Source of the DNA: Balanoglossus misakiensis
Taxonomy: Eukaryota; Animalia; Hemichordata
DNA length: 64,000 nucleotides
Direction: 5' to 3'
Assembly: GCA_040954595.2 (NCBI GenBank)
Contig: CM082589.2
Location: 6,073,186 to 6,137,185, forward strand
A model generated the notes under the pieces. It did not search any database. It saw only the letters and a list, made by a program, of their open reading frames with translations, and was not told where the DNA came from. Shown piece by piece: positions 28,651-43,343 of this stretch; the stretch's first letter is position 1; each line of letters starts with the position of its first letter. A program made the translations under genes and the position numbers.

Positions 28651-29952
28651 GCACCTACACTTCGCGACAAAGATGAAGAATAACAGACAAGATCACGAAA
28701 GAATCAATTGCAGTATCAATTTCCCTGAGAGTGCGAAGTTGATGGAAAGTTGTCTTTTTAATTATTCACGCATCTTTCACGACGCCCCACGGAGTTCTCT
28801 TCCTTGCGGTCTCACGTTAATCGCTATCCTGTCACATTCGTACAAGTTACCGTCTTTCCCCAACAGACTCAGAACAAGTGTGGTCACACTTATACTTATT
28901 GCAAGTTCTGCTCGTATATAGATGTGACACACACAAAGAAATCCTTTCAGGAACTGTTACTCTCAATTATCCAAGTCCCACATAAACCTCAAAAATAGGC
29001 ATTTCAAACACCCAAGATACAGGGTACCCCTATCATGTACAGTAAACATTCAGTATCTATACAATGGTCATCTGACATGCAGATTTTCAGACCTACGGAC
29101 AATCAATTTTTACACATTTTGCAAAAATGCTGCATAACTTCAAGTTGAAAGTTGTACATAGCCAAGTATTGGTAACAGCCTTCAAAACCTCATCTCAGAT
29201 TCTAAAAGAGTTACATGCCCATTTTGAGCACATCGTTCTTTATCTAAATCCCAAACTTCAACACAATATTCATATACTGTCACTGGCAACATGAAAATTA
29301 ATAAATGAAATGCGAGTTCCAATCAATCTTGCTCTTGTTTCTTTTAATATCTCAAATATAATCAAGACATAAATACGATCGATGTATATTAATAATATCG
29401 CATTGTCAATAAATTTTGTAGTTGTCCATCAATAAATAACCCATCAACTGTAATTTCAAATTCAATTTATCTGAATTGAGCCTGGTATGAACTCATAACT
29501 TTCCAACACAATCACTGCATATTTGCAGATTATCTTAATATTTGGACAGATATTGCTTTTTGAACTGCAATATATCTTCCAAACGCACTTACACATGCAA
29601 AACCGGCCTTGCAAATCAAGCTGGTGAATATCATTCGGCACAATTACATTTTCCGCGGATGCCCTCAAAGAATGAGATGTCACAAGAATCTGGTTGGTTG
29701 CGTCACTGGCTAACCCCAGCAACACGCAGTCTTTGAAGTTTTTCAATAGTTATGCCACGAGCAACACCTGTCACAAACACATTTTGAGAAAGTGGGCAAT
29801 ATTTCAAGACAAGAGATCTAAGATGGCATCCATTCTCTTGGAAACGTTGTATTTGAGAAACCATCAATACTTGGCAAATGAATGAAAATTTCGTCCTTGA
29901 TAAGTACAGAAGTAGGCATAAAAGAAATTTTAATGTGTTACACAACTTTTAA

Positions 29953-30031
29953 CCTTTCAGTTCCCGCTGTTGAGGTTCAACTTTATCATAGAACACAATG
30001 AATTTGGACCAAAACCATCGTAGTGGAGGGG
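29953..30031. mobile_element. Second copy of the TTAA-flanked mini element
   Basis: TTAA|CCTTTCA ... GGAGGGG|TTAA. Shares caacttt..catagaa.acaa.ga.tttggaccaaa..cat with 45863-45951. Confidence 0.6.
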
Positions 30032-33000
30032 TTAAAATCAGCAGTGGGGGTGTACGTGACAATGCACTAGAAGATTACCAAACAACAACATCACTATCGC
30101 ACCAGCCACATGTATCTTTCACAAGGTTGCAACCCTTCCACAAATCATTTCCATCATTCTCACATCCCTGCAACTAATTACCATAATGCACTTCTTCTCC
30201 CTGCACGACCTCTGACCTCTCCGCACACACGTTTTCTGCAGATGGAATTATTTATGAATTATTGAGTTTTTAATTTGCCACAGTTTTTCAGACAAAAACC
30301 TGTCAATTATTGATAATGACCGAAGGCGACGGTGACAGTTTCTGATGTGTAATTTTATATAATGTCTTTCGGTTCTGCAAAATCATCCGCAATACCTCGC
30401 CACTTTATCTTTGTAGTTTTCTTGACGCCACTGTTCTTTGCCAGTGGGGTATGATCAGCGTGAACACGTTATAAAGTTAGCAACCAATCTCTGAGACAAC
30501 AATTCATAATTTAAATCAAGTTAAGACACTGTTTATTAGGCAAGTGGGCACCAATTCTGAAGTTTTTTTTGGTTTTACTGTGTAACGTTAAACACGACAG
30601 TGACAAAAAACAAAAAGACAAAAATCTAGGAATTTATCCTCTTTTTTCATGGCTCAGTTTCTGGATGAATTTCAAAATCTCCACCTCAGCTAAGAAACCA
30701 GTCTTGTTCACACGTTGTTCATCCGTTTCCATCAGCCTTTAAGCTGTGACAACATTCACATATTGTAGACAGATCAGCTTTATATGTCGCAGTACAATTA
30801 CCTCTACACACACAGTGAACTGTACTGAAACTTTCACATTTTGTGGAGATATCTTTTTAGCCTCCCTGCAGTTTCCAATTTAGAGCGGATTTCTCGGGAC
30901 GGCGCTAAATCTTTGAATCGCACCGACTGAAATCGGCGTTGAAAGGGCCCAAGACTTGTCTCCTACACTGCCTGCAGTGATCGCTTGGTTTGGTTGACGC
31001 AAATATCTTTCGGCATGTCATGGAAAACCGCTCGCCTGAACATGACAGGCGAGTGTAAGGCTGTCTCCTTCGCTGTCTACTTCTCCGTTACCATTTTATA
31101 ATGAGTTTCAGTTCCTCCAACCTGGCTTGTATTTGCGCGAACCAACACCCAGACACACTGCAGGTGCAGATCAGAATTCAGATCACCTCCCTCGCAATCT
31201 CACTTTGGTCTGTATCAGAAAAACAGTAACTGAGTATTCGGAGCGGAAAGCTTTATTACAGAGCCCAGTATTACAGCGCAAAGACTCAATTAACAAAGTA
31301 AATTACCTTCTTGTAACTTTTAAAGTAGTTTCTGGCACTATAAGGTTTAATTGTGGACACAGACCAAATCATTTCCTCGGTAAAGAGTTCAGTCCCGACT
31401 AAGGCCCTGTTCATATTTTCCCAGTGTGAACAACCCTAGTGAGCCTGAGAAACCGTTCATCAGAGATCGTAAAATATCACTTACTTTATCAGCAGTAACC
31501 TTGGCTGTGTACCGAGCTGAGTATTCATAGAATAGCAAAGATCAGCTTTCCCTAAGGTTATTGCGCTAGTCCTCAAATGCTAAAGAAATCACTGGGCCAT
31601 GCCATCCCCGTTGATAAAGAGACCCACTGCCTGCACTTCTAGCTCGCAGCCATTTCCGTAATCCTGAATAAAAAGAGGGAGCTGACAAGTCTGGTAATTG
31701 TGGCGTGTCCTTGAACGATGTCTTCCTCATTACCATAGTTACAAAGAGCGGCGATGTTCCTGAACCGTTTCGCTCGATCTGTGGCGGATCACAGTCGGGA
31801 TAATGAAAAAGGCAGCGGCCATGCAGAGAGGTTTGATTTGAAACTGATGATGAACTCGTGAGAGTGATTGCGTTTTGTATAAACACAGAGGCCGTTGTGA
31901 GACCATTAACACAAAATACAGACTTGTTGATTCCTTTCTAGACTTGCAATCCATGTTTAGGTGAAGTCAGACTTTCCATGCATAGACCCGGAGCACTGCA
32001 TGCGGAAATGTCATACTCACTCAGTGACCGTTATCAGTGTTGTTACAACTCCCCCCCCCCCCACTCTACATTTTCCCTGCCCCTCCTACTTATTACCTCA
32101 TCTCTCATCCTCCAACTGACACCCTCCTCAACTTAGCTGTTCACAAGGTCATGCCCTCCACACCTAGGCCATACCGACCTAGATCAATCGGAATAACACC
32201 CGCCCTGCATCGGGTAATTAAGATACTTTCTACACCACAATCGTCACCCCTGTGAAAAGGGTTGTGCACCAAATCCGACCGCTTTTGTGATCACAATTGG
32301 CATACATCCCATTTTTCATTGATGGCTCCCACTCATCCGTAGCGAGGTCTTCCTGGCCCCTCGAGAGTCCCCCCCCCCCCCCCCCCCCCCCCCCGGTCGC
32401 TCTCTCCACTGGGATCTGTTACCTGATCTGCAGCCATTTAAGTCTTGTCACAAGCGATGCAGCGATGTTGATGAAGATGTTTGGGTTCTAATAGAGCTGT
32501 GTGTCTAGTCAGTGGTGTGTGACAAAACCTTGGGAAGGGACATACCACACCAGCTGGTTAACTCCGTACACAGATGCCAGATGTTTCACTCTGTACAACT
32601 GACAACGGTGACTTTTTGTGGCATTCACACGGGGACCATTGAAATGCTTTTGAAACGTCTCAGCTCAAACACTGGCATAAAATCCCTCTCACTTCCCTCT
32701 TCACTTCATTTTCATTTGGCGAAATACAAGTCAAATATCAATGGAAACTTCCAATACTGGATTAGAAACAATTGTGTACGAAAGACCATTGAGGAAAAAA
32801 ACAACCACAGTATATTTGCAAAACAAAAAATATTTGTAGATCTGTAGATATGCAAGCCAAAAATAACAGGTACCAGAACAGACTGACTGACTCTGGCAGA
32901 CACTGTTGGCCAAAATGTTTGGACAGAAATCTTACCAGGGAATAATACAAGTGTGTCCCAACCAGAACGATCACACAGTCGAGAGCCATTTTTACCGACA

Positions 33001-34406
33001 GCGACGCACCATTTACAGTTGACTGCAGGCTCTGTTGAGCGCTTTAAACTTAAGAGCGTAAAGACGCTAAAACAGTGGCGATTCAATCAGAAATGAACTC
33101 CACCGAGCAGTCTGTTAAGAGAGCGATTTTACTATCCCTCATCTTTTTTTAGTGGGGCCATAATGCAGTTAATTCATTCATCACTGCCCGTCATTCAATC
33201 TCTTTCTCTCTACAGAACTTCACCCCGCACGCAAAGAGGTGAACTTCAATCTATCAGGCTGCCGCTTCTTACATCTTTCTTGATGCACACGTATCGTTAC
33301 ATCTAATGGCTTTTATCTCTGCATGCATCAGCTGAGCTGTTTCCTCGAATGGATATATACCTCACATGAAAATAATTCATCATCGGGGGATTTTTTGTGT
33401 GTGACCCCCTTACATTTACTGAAGTGTCTCTACATTCATCAGCGCCGGCATTATCCGTGCATCGCTGGGTCTCCGCATGCTCTCGGAGATAATGCACACA
33501 CTGAGGACGACGCGCTCTTCAAAAAGGGTGCCTGGACCCGGAATATTCCGCAAGGCTGCCGACGTGAATCATTGCTTTTTGTGCCGGGAAGAGCAAAAGG
33601 CATGATTGTGAATTTTTACTCTGGAATATGAGGCTCGCATCAAATAAGTCTTGTGGATGAATTGCGTGTAATACGAAAAATACTATAATCTCCGCTGACC
33701 TATCCAGTGTATACTGCAACACCGAGCCGGAACACAGAAACCATTGAAATATTTTCCATACCACCCTTTTACATATTCACTCAAAGTGCAGATAGACAAA
33801 ACCACTGAAATTTGCGACATAAATTACACTTGAAATTGAAGAATTTCAAAGGTACACTAGCTGTAGTTTCTGATATTTTTTAGTTTTTAGCTATTTCATC
33901 AACCCACCACCTGCGTAGTCAATCGGAACTTAAAAGTTTGCTCAAATATAAATTTAGATGATAATGCTACTGGCATGAAATCTGATTCATAGATATCGTC
34001 TATTTCAAATCCTCAATTGCAAAATTCACTGACCCACTGCAAAGCACACTGAATTTATTTTCCGTTGAACCTCGAGACAATCAGCAAAACTACGTCAAAG
34101 AATAATTCTGCGTCAGTGGTGTGCGTCATACCAGCTTTAAAGGGCACATCGCTCGACTTACAGTTTCCCTTACTCGCAAAATGTCAGGGGACGACCCGGG
34201 AACTGGTTCTATGCCGCGCCGTCGTTAACGGTAACGAATACGGGTAATAAAAAAGTTCCACAAAAGAGAACTTTGACCCTAAAAAAATGATATCTCCTTC
34301 AAGGCTTCTGCTATACACTCTCACAAGAGCTCCAAATTTCTTTGTCCGTCGCTGCAAATCACAGAACAACTCCTTTGCCCAATTCTCTATTATCGCCGAG
34401 TCTTAC

Positions 34407-34640
34407 CTTAATGTTCCCAGCCCATCCCCCAGGAATGCCGTTTTCTTATTTTTTAATAAACCGGCAGAATATCTAATCTAGTTCCCTAATCTATCTATAC
34501 ATTTCAATCTCTGGCTACAGCAGCAGTACTCGCAAATCGCGCAAGCTCCACGTGATCTCTACCCCTCTCTACGGGACTGCCGGCATTGAGCGCATCTCCT
34601 CCCAGAAATCCCCCCTGCGCTCTGGCCTTGTAAGACGCTA
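34407..34640 (-). other. Candidate non-coding alternative first exon (5' limit approximate)
   Basis: Consensus donor AAG|GTAAGA at 34407/34406. CpG-rich region with E-box CACGTG (~34549-34554) and TATA-like TTTAAATA (~34655-34662). Confidence 0.35.
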
Positions 34641-37600
34641 AGTTGGGCAACACCTATTTAAAGAGACGGCAGCAATCTGAGCGATGAGGGAGACACTATC
34701 TTCGGAATCCGTTTTTAATGAGCCCACTACTTGGCATCTCCTCGGATCTCCTCGGATAAATCTGTATCAATTCATCTTCGACCTATCCATCCGTGCTGAT
34801 CTCAATCTTCGTCTCTCTTGTCAACTCTCCCAGGACCCTTCTCTTTCTCCAACAACTTCCTCCAGGCATGCGGATAATTTCTTCTCCAACAGTCCAGCCT
34901 CGGTCATACTTTATTTTCTCTCTCTTCGTCTCGTCATCTTTGCTCTCTTCAAAATTCTGATCACGTCTTGCAGAGGGGTAGATTTTTACCCGGTGTTTTA
35001 AAAGCGCTTTCTGCTTGAGAAGTCATCCATGCCACAATATGCATGATATTGCATGTAACATCACACCGTCGCCGTGTCCCTCGCTTCCAATCGATCATAT
35101 TATCTTGCATTTTTACTAACAATCTCTTTGTACCCTTGTGGGTTTCTTGTACTGGAATGTTACCGACACCCTCACTGTCACCCTCCCCCTTTCATTCTAT
35201 TTATACAGGATCACCCTCACACTGTTGAAAACAAAGGGACAGACCAATCTTTACTCGGGAGGGGTTAGCAATCACTTTCCTACCAAATTTATGATTGAGA
35301 TTTTCTCCATCATTACATGTATCTGTTTGTTAATTCTCAGACTTTTATGCTACCCAATGCCCAAACCACACACACAAACTGCCTGCACCAAACGAGACCA
35401 TTCCCCCCTCCTCTGACAAACTACACAGCAAGAGCGCAAACGAAAAAAAAGTCAAAAGGAGTTAAATCATATTATTGATTTCGCAGACCCAACACGCCTG
35501 TGCCTGACATCAGATCCTACGTTTCCAAAAACACATCACTTGAGAAATTCGAGCGGACAGAAGGGGGCACCAGTGTAAACATCAAACTCTTCATCTATCC
35601 GATTGGATGCTTAAGATGTCACCACGACGACATCGCAATCTCTGGTTTCTAATACTGCTCAGCCCCGTAATCCAGGATAGTTCATTTCGGAAAAGAACTC
35701 GTCCAACCAAAAGAGGCTAGTGTATTGATTTCCCAGCTGTCAATCAAATCTAATGTTTCCAATGTTTGGGTACCGAAACTCTAATAATCCTTCAATATTG
35801 CAAAACTGATACAGCGAACGCCGTCTCAAATGGCATCACCAAGTTATAAAATTACACGATAAACATTCATAACCGGCAGGAAATTTGAGATGACTTTCAC
35901 ATCCACCCCTTGAAGTGGATAAAATGACACTAGAGCTGTAACTTTTGGAGATTTTTCCCCCTAAATAAAACCATTATACACCTGTGTTTTTTGTGTGAGC
36001 ACTGTTCAAGCAAATGAAATACTGTTCCCTGGATATCAACTGAATAACACACATGATATCAACGCAATATATGATTGCAAATATACAGCCACATCGTCTC
36101 TTTGACAGCCTCCAGTTTTGATTACATTTCAGTTTAAGACAGACACAAATTGATTTTCCAAATTCATATTTCAGTTTGAAACGTGACTGGAATGCTAATT
36201 AGCCAAACTCAGGAGAAATCATCTCGCGTCTTAATACTCGGTGGCAAGACGTCTCTAAGTCTCCAGCGCTTGTCTAGATGCTCCAGACATCTTCTGGGGA
36301 ATTCGAAACCGGGGGGTAAATTATGGAAGACAAATTAAATTGGCCGTTCTATCGCCCTTCATTCCTGTTTTCGCTCCCTGCTTCAGAACGTGAATTGTGA
36401 TTTACACTTATTCAAGTGGACACAGACTCGCACTCCCCATAAAAATCATTTTATGACATCTACATGTTTGTGTAACTTACATTTGAGCAAACACTCTTTA
36501 TAATCAATAATGACAATAGTAGGCAAAACTAATCAATTTGACATCCAGTGTTCTAACCCGTCCATTTACAAATATTGGCTCGCCAATTTTTATTTTATTA
36601 CCATAAATGCTTGCTTTTTTTATCGGTCTTCCACTCTATTGATTTAACTGCACTCGCCAGTAAAGGCTAAATTGGCAATTTTACCGGTACATTGTCGCAT
36701 GCCTTGTCTCACGTAAAACTGAATTCATTTTGTTAAGCTGAGTCGGAAAGGTAAATCTTTCAACGCAAGTGAACCAGCGACGGCCTATCCTGATATTATT
36801 AATCGGAGTATTGTTCGAAGACAGCATGTTGTCATAGCGACCACACATTTGGGATATTCTGTGAAATAATCTGCACTGTGCACTAGACTGCAATCTCATT
36901 TTTTGGCGCAGACATTGGTACTACATGTACAACAGCATATGGGGTTGAGACTCTACTCCAGCCATCTTGTCCCCCATCAATTTTGATAAACAGCAAACGT
37001 ATAAAAATCGGAATGCCATCTGGAAGCCACGATATCAATTAGAGAAAAGGTAGCCCCCAGAAATCAGAAAGCTAAGATATCTGAGAATCCCGTGACAAAG
37101 ACGTTCACGATCACAGCCTGCAGCAAAACCACAGAAATAATGAATTGGGAAAAGAAACAAAATACGACAGGGGAGAGCAGAGCAAAGTTTGTCTCTAACA
37201 TCAGCAGAGAGTGGACGGAAAACTCTGGGGAACACAACTGTGATTTCATTTTGTGTGAGGATTTCCTGCCTGCGTTTTATTTCTGTGCAAGATTATCCTT
37301 CTACTGCTTGATCTATGTGAAAGTTCAGCAAATTCTTTGCCATGAACAGGTGTGCTAGTGTCAGTTAGAGTCGTTTGCTGAAAGCAATGAAATTTTATTG
37401 AAGACGCTCTCTCTTTGTGTGTTTCTCTATATACGAGACATTCTAATATTTCCCACAATGCACCTCCATATTACTTTTGCTGAAAACCAGTTTTTGATAA
37501 TTTGGTATTTTAATATAGTTTGATAGACATTCATGATTGACTTGTGAAACTGTTGTGTTACAGATGTTTCGCACAAAATGGGATTAACGATGGAGACCAG

Positions 37601-38156
37601 CCTCAAATGAAGTTTAAACTTACACTAATTCCTGTAATAAAACAACCTAACTGTACAAGAAAATAACAGAAACATCAAAATTTGTGTTAGATTTGGTTTT
37701 CCAAAGAGATTCCACAACTTGCGTAGAGGAAACACATTCTCAGTTTCATGTAAATAGATTCCATCTACCAGGCCTCGATTCTGTTTTTTCTCTACGTTTT
37801 CTCATTTCTCCAGAAATTTCCATACATCAAACTGTCAGATTTAAATAACTGACTTGCTGGATAACCTGCTGGGAATTCATTCCATGATCCGGTACATCCT
37901 TATTTGTACTGGAGAACATTCATTCCCGGGGAAAACTCGCGAGTAAACATCACGTCCTACACACCAATTAGTACATCTTTGCCATGCTATGCAAGTGCCT
38001 GCCACGCATTGATTTTCCCATTCCACACTGTGGGTTTTTCTGAGCAAACCAATTTATTGTGTTTGAACTAGTGTTTTATCAACAATTTAAATCCTGGCAA
38101 GGGGGTGACATTTCAGAAGCCATTAGAAAACACGGGGAGAAAAAATCAATGTCTAC

Positions 38157-38635
38157 CTGGCGTAGAGCTGAACGTTGAATAGACTGTACTCGGTGCATGT
38201 ATGTATGAACAACGCACGTACAGATCTTGCTACAGCGGAAAAGGGAGCTCTTGAGAAGATTGTGTTTGTGTAAGAATGTTTGTAGAACCTATTTGAAAGT
38301 CTTGTATGTGGGATGATACAATTCAATAGATCTGAAAAGACCCTTTTCACAAAGCGAGTCCCTTTCATCGCAAAGCAAAGAAGACGAAGAAAATCCTGGC
38401 ATGCCATGGCAGACTTGGGGTTTTCAATGTTGATTGACCCCTGCTCGGAGCAGAGGGAGTTCCGATCGTTTTCTTCTCGGCCACACGTACGCCCACACAT
38501 ACCAGTCTCGGCAACTCGTACATATGTTTCAATCAATGAAGAAATCGTCTTCTGACAGACAATGTGAATTGACTTGCCTTGAACAGAGGCATGCACTACG
38601 CGTCCACTGGCATTCACAAACTGACGTTCATTCAT
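38157..38635 (-). CDS. 160-codon ORF ending at a splice donor; candidate long alternative first exon (Kozak GCCATGG start at 38407) or a 73-nt internal exon 38157..38229
   Basis: The ORF stop overlaps the donor CCAG|GTAGAC. Inr-like TCAGTT (~38619-38624) and a CCAAT box (~38648-38652) lie upstream. An alternative acceptor ctcccttttccgctgtag| is at 38230/38229. No family recognised. Confidence 0.3.
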
Positions 38636-41600
38636 TGCAGTAAATGACCAATCTAAAACACAAATGTGGCTGCCCTTACAACACGAAGCATGTTTATGTA
38701 ATGCTTTCTCTCTGTATACAGCATGTCAAGCACACGTCCATTACACACTGAATACTACATGTATGCTATGTCCTTACAAATGCAAGTCAGGCACTGTCAA
38801 ACTTCAACTGTGCAAGTGCGATGGACATACACTATATCGACCCTCTCCCCCCAGAACATTTCCTGTCAGGGCCCGGTCCCAGATGCCTGATTTATGTTAT
38901 GTGAACTACACTACTGTGCGACTGTTTTCAAGGAGAACACTGTTCATCTCCGCTGGATATCTTTCCCAAGTTAAAAATTTGAACACGTACATGTACATCA
39001 TGTAATGGCTAGATTGCGATTTCCGTGAGCTAAAACCTGAACATCCCAACCAGAGATACAAAAAGAGAAGAGAGTGGTGGTCATCCAAAAAAATACAATT
39101 ACAAGACTTTAGCAAATGTCCTCAGAAAGCATCAGGCTCTGCTTTGCATTATTGTTTATGGCTCGAGCTGTTGCATCAATGTGTCTTTTTACCCAGTGAT
39201 ATTTGGACTGACAAGCGTGAAAAAGATGATGGATGGAGAACAGCACACGACAAGGATACACTTCGTAGATTCAGTGCGTCCCTTGTGTCCAGGACAGGCA
39301 GCAATCAACACGCATACTTGAGTGTGTCAGTCACACCAAACGGCCGTAATGGTAGCAGTGACCTATATTGGAAACACGTACAACTATTCCAGGTCAGCAA
39401 CCTGTAAGGTCTGCTTCCCAACGGCAAACCGAGTCACACAAACACAACATTTTTATAGGAGTCACTGGGGGCTATTCCATCAAAGTTACAGCACAGGGAA
39501 AAATATCACCAACTTTTGACGTTATTATTATCACTTCTCTTGATAAATTATTCATATTGCTCCGCTCACGGGAATATGCTCAATACCTTGTTAGTTACAG
39601 CTGTACTCACACCCTGTATATTGGTATAACATGAGCATACCTCAACTTTATCATTTTTGGTACAGACCAAAATCTATATGATGGAAATATTGGTCTGTTA
39701 TGTCTATGTACAAGGTGTGATTCATCTGTGACATCATGATTCGGGGGAGTAGAATTACATTCATGACATACCAAAAGAAACTAACATAACCAATGTCAAT
39801 AGTTAGCAGCTTTGTCCCTTTAATACTCTGTCTTCCTGCAGTTGCTATCTGTGGGCCGGCATTCTCTCAGTTCACCATGAAATTACAGCAGCAACAACGT
39901 CACCACAAATATATCGCCCTAAATTACAGGTATCATTTTGACGAGAGGAAATCACCAGAAAGTTGAACACGTGTTTTCTTTTTTTACGTCCCGTGAATGA
40001 CAAAACAAGTGTGGGAAAATGGGGAAGCTATTAGATCAGTCTCGGCAATTGTCAGCTTGCACACACAACCACACAATACCGAGACATGCCCGTATTGCAA
40101 AGGACGTGACACCAGCAGCCAACACCTGGCTTGGGTTTCGGTTGACAGCCTTCAAAACAGAGTCGGTTAATCCGGCCTTAAATGCCAAAAAGTCACTCGT
40201 CAAGTTTGTTACAAGACTCTTATCTCACTTGTCTGCTGATGAGAACACGTTGCATTTTTATTTTACACTGTTGCAGCACAGAACGCATTAAAGACCACTG
40301 GGGGAGAAACAGGCATAACTTAAACTGTGGACTACGCAAGCACTATCCCACTTTACACGCTCACTGACGAATTCAGTCCACAAAAGAAACCACTTTTAAT
40401 TATTTCTAAGCCTGCTGTTGACAATTGTAAGCAGAGGATTAAAGAACCGGGGATGTCTTGGCGCCACAGACTCCACAGCCCAGATAGCGGAACCAACTGG
40501 AGCATACACGTCTCTTCAGACTTCTTGAACAACATCAGCACCAGGAACCACAAAACCTGAATAGATGGACACCTCACATTTCTGAATAATTTACAAAATA
40601 AGTGCAATATATTGATCAAGTCTTTTCCTGTGATCAATTGTTCCAAATTACACTTTTATCACTGTTGGTTTCATTTTTCGTCGAAGCATACAAGTGTGCA
40701 CGTCCGAGAAAACACTATTTTGAATATTCATGAGATGCTTCGGTTTTATCTGAAACAACGTTTAATTAATTACTTCCTACACTACCTTCTAAATGTCACA
40801 CGTTAGCATTCAGGGCTTCGCGTTCATCTTGCATTATCTTTATTAGAACCTAAAATAGATCATTTTTTCTGATAAAAGTAAATGTTGGATCTGTTTAGAC
40901 CTCAAACAACCATTGCTGCAAGGCAATAGGATCGAAAATTTGAAATTATTCGAGGATATTAATCATCTGCCCACGCAGACATTTATCATTCTACTTTTTT
41001 TTATTAAAGATAATATTTTCAAAATTTAAAAGCCTCAGATTTTGAATGAGTATAAAAGTTGACATCAGAGTTTCAGTCACGACTGAATTCTTATTTTCGA
41101 ACACTAACTTTTTTTCCTGCAAGCCACCTCCTGGCTCTGTTTAATAACAGTTGGTCACCTTTCGCAGTGAAAACACAGGACCACACACAAAATGCACTGG
41201 CAGCTCAGGAGGTGCAATTTAACCAGAGGGGTTTAGAAAACAACGGGTAAATATTAACAGGCCTCGGAAGCCGGAATATGATTTGGCAGCGACAAAGACA
41301 TCACAGCACTGCCGACCAATTGGCTTAGCAAAGTCGCCGAAGGGGCAGAGACTATACCAATCGGTGTATTCTGAGACTCTGAAAGATTCACCGTTGCAGT
41401 ACAGATCAAGATTTTTTTCCAGTGTACTAACAGTACATGTAGGCGAACAATGGGTTGGCCTGGTGTTAGCTAATACATGTATACCAAACTCCACGAGGCC
41501 CTACGAGATTTCACGAGGCTAGGCAATTAATAGGAAAGGACATTCTCCTGACACAGGACAAGAACACTGTGACAATGGGGTGCTAAATCTGCTAACCCAC

Positions 41601-42573
41601 GCTGGCCTTGGGGTTATATCAGGGCTGACCTGGTTGGAAAATTAGTTCTGATCCATACTGCATATGTACACGTCTGTTAGAATATACAATAAGAGTCTGG
41701 TTTACAGGTCATCTCCCATGGTGCACTTCTCATGGTCACATTCAACCATAGCTCTCAAAACTAATCACAAAATTAACTTGAAGATGCCTTAGATGTTATC
41801 TTATACACTGTCAAGGATATTTCTCTCCATTATTATTTCAAAATATGATTAGTTAATTCACATATGCACATACCCAACACTTTATTCCTATATCCTATCT
41901 GAAATTAATATTTTACTGAAGGCCTCTGAATCCTAACACTGCATCAATGCATAGGTGTAATCAATCATATGTGACATTTTGAACAGAAAAAATTACATAC
42001 TGTATATTTTTATGTCTGGGGAACAATTTATTTTATTCTCCACATTCTGAATCATAAATTAATTTCATTAGTACGTTTGATGTGAAACTTTGGGGCAATG
42101 AATGTTAAGTGAAAACAGAGGTTCTTAACCTTGTCACCCCCTCGAAAATCCCTGTATAATACAACCTCCTTATAAATTTTCTTAGTCAGACTGACCGTAC
42201 CACAGGGAATTCGGGGGTGACCAGGCCACACACAGATGTGCCACATTTCTTCATCAACTCCTCAACACACCTGCGAGCAAATCACCATTTTTTTCCCCCT
42301 AATCGAACGTCTCTAATCTATCACAGATCTGACAAACCTATTCCCTGCAACACACAGGTGTTAGCCACACTGCACTGTCGAAAGAAAACGCACACCACCA
42401 TTCTATGTGATGCGAAACTTTCATCAATAAGATTTCACCCTGTAAACTTTATTGATCTGCAATTTCGCCTGTCAAAACTTTAATGCGCATCACAATATCC
42501 GTCTGTAAATTTTACTTGAACAGGTCTCATTTCAAAGCAGAACATTGAGGTCACTTGGCAAATGTTTGGATTA

Positions 42574-43343
42574 GGCTGCATTCACAAACACCTCTGGAGG
42601 GGGGGGCGGGAGAATTGAGGGGGGGGATTTGAAAAAATTGAGGGTATGTAAGGGGGGGGATTTGAAATAATTTAGGGACTGAAAGGGGGGGACTTGAAAA
42701 CTTTGACGACTAAATATTTATTTTGAGTCCACAAAAATGCAGTTTCGCGCCCTTTATTTTACAAAATTTTCTAATGTGGGAGGGGGACACCCCCTCCCAC
42801 ACCCACCCCCTCCATTCATTGACACCTTTCAATCTTTGACTGGTTTATCTAGTGTCCCAGGTCTGGGGACTTGCCCCCACCCCATGATAACTTTGAGCGG
42901 CGACGTTAATTTGCTTTTGCTGGGTTCATTAAAATGCAGCTTTGAGCTCTGTATTTTATACAATTTTCTTATGTGGGAGGGGGACACCCCCTCCCAAACC
43001 CACCCCCTTCAATTCTCGGTTTACAATGTCTCCCAACACAGAATACACATTCTTAAAAATTAAAAACAATGTTCAGTTTTAATACCCACTGATGAGAGGA
43101 AACATCAATTTCAAATTATTTTCATGGGAGCGCTGTTTTTCTTTTTTACAAGATATTAGATAGATAGGTGATGTGTTTCGCTGTGTGAAAGAAAATGGGG
43201 GGGGGGGGATTTCAAATTTTTAGCAGTTCGGAAGGGGGGTATTTGAAAATATTTCGGGTTGTGTAGGGGGGCATGTGAAAATTAACGGTAAAAAAAATTG
43301 AATTCTCCCGCCCCCCCCTCCAGAGGTGTTTGTGAATGCAGCC
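42574..43343. mobile_element. Non-autonomous PIF/Harbinger-type MITE, 770 bp
   Basis: Perfect 43-bp TIRs (42574-42616 GGCTGCATTCACAAACACCTCTGGA-G8-CGGGAGAATT; 43301-43343), TTA target-site duplication at 42571-42573 and 43344-43346, no transposase ORF. TTA/TAA TSDs with G-starting TIRs are characteristic of PIF/Harbinger. Confidence 0.93.

Noticed and set aside
32037-32491. Proline-rich ORFs
   Set aside because: The polyproline comes from poly-C homopolymers (e.g. 32369-32394), which are low-complexity DNA.
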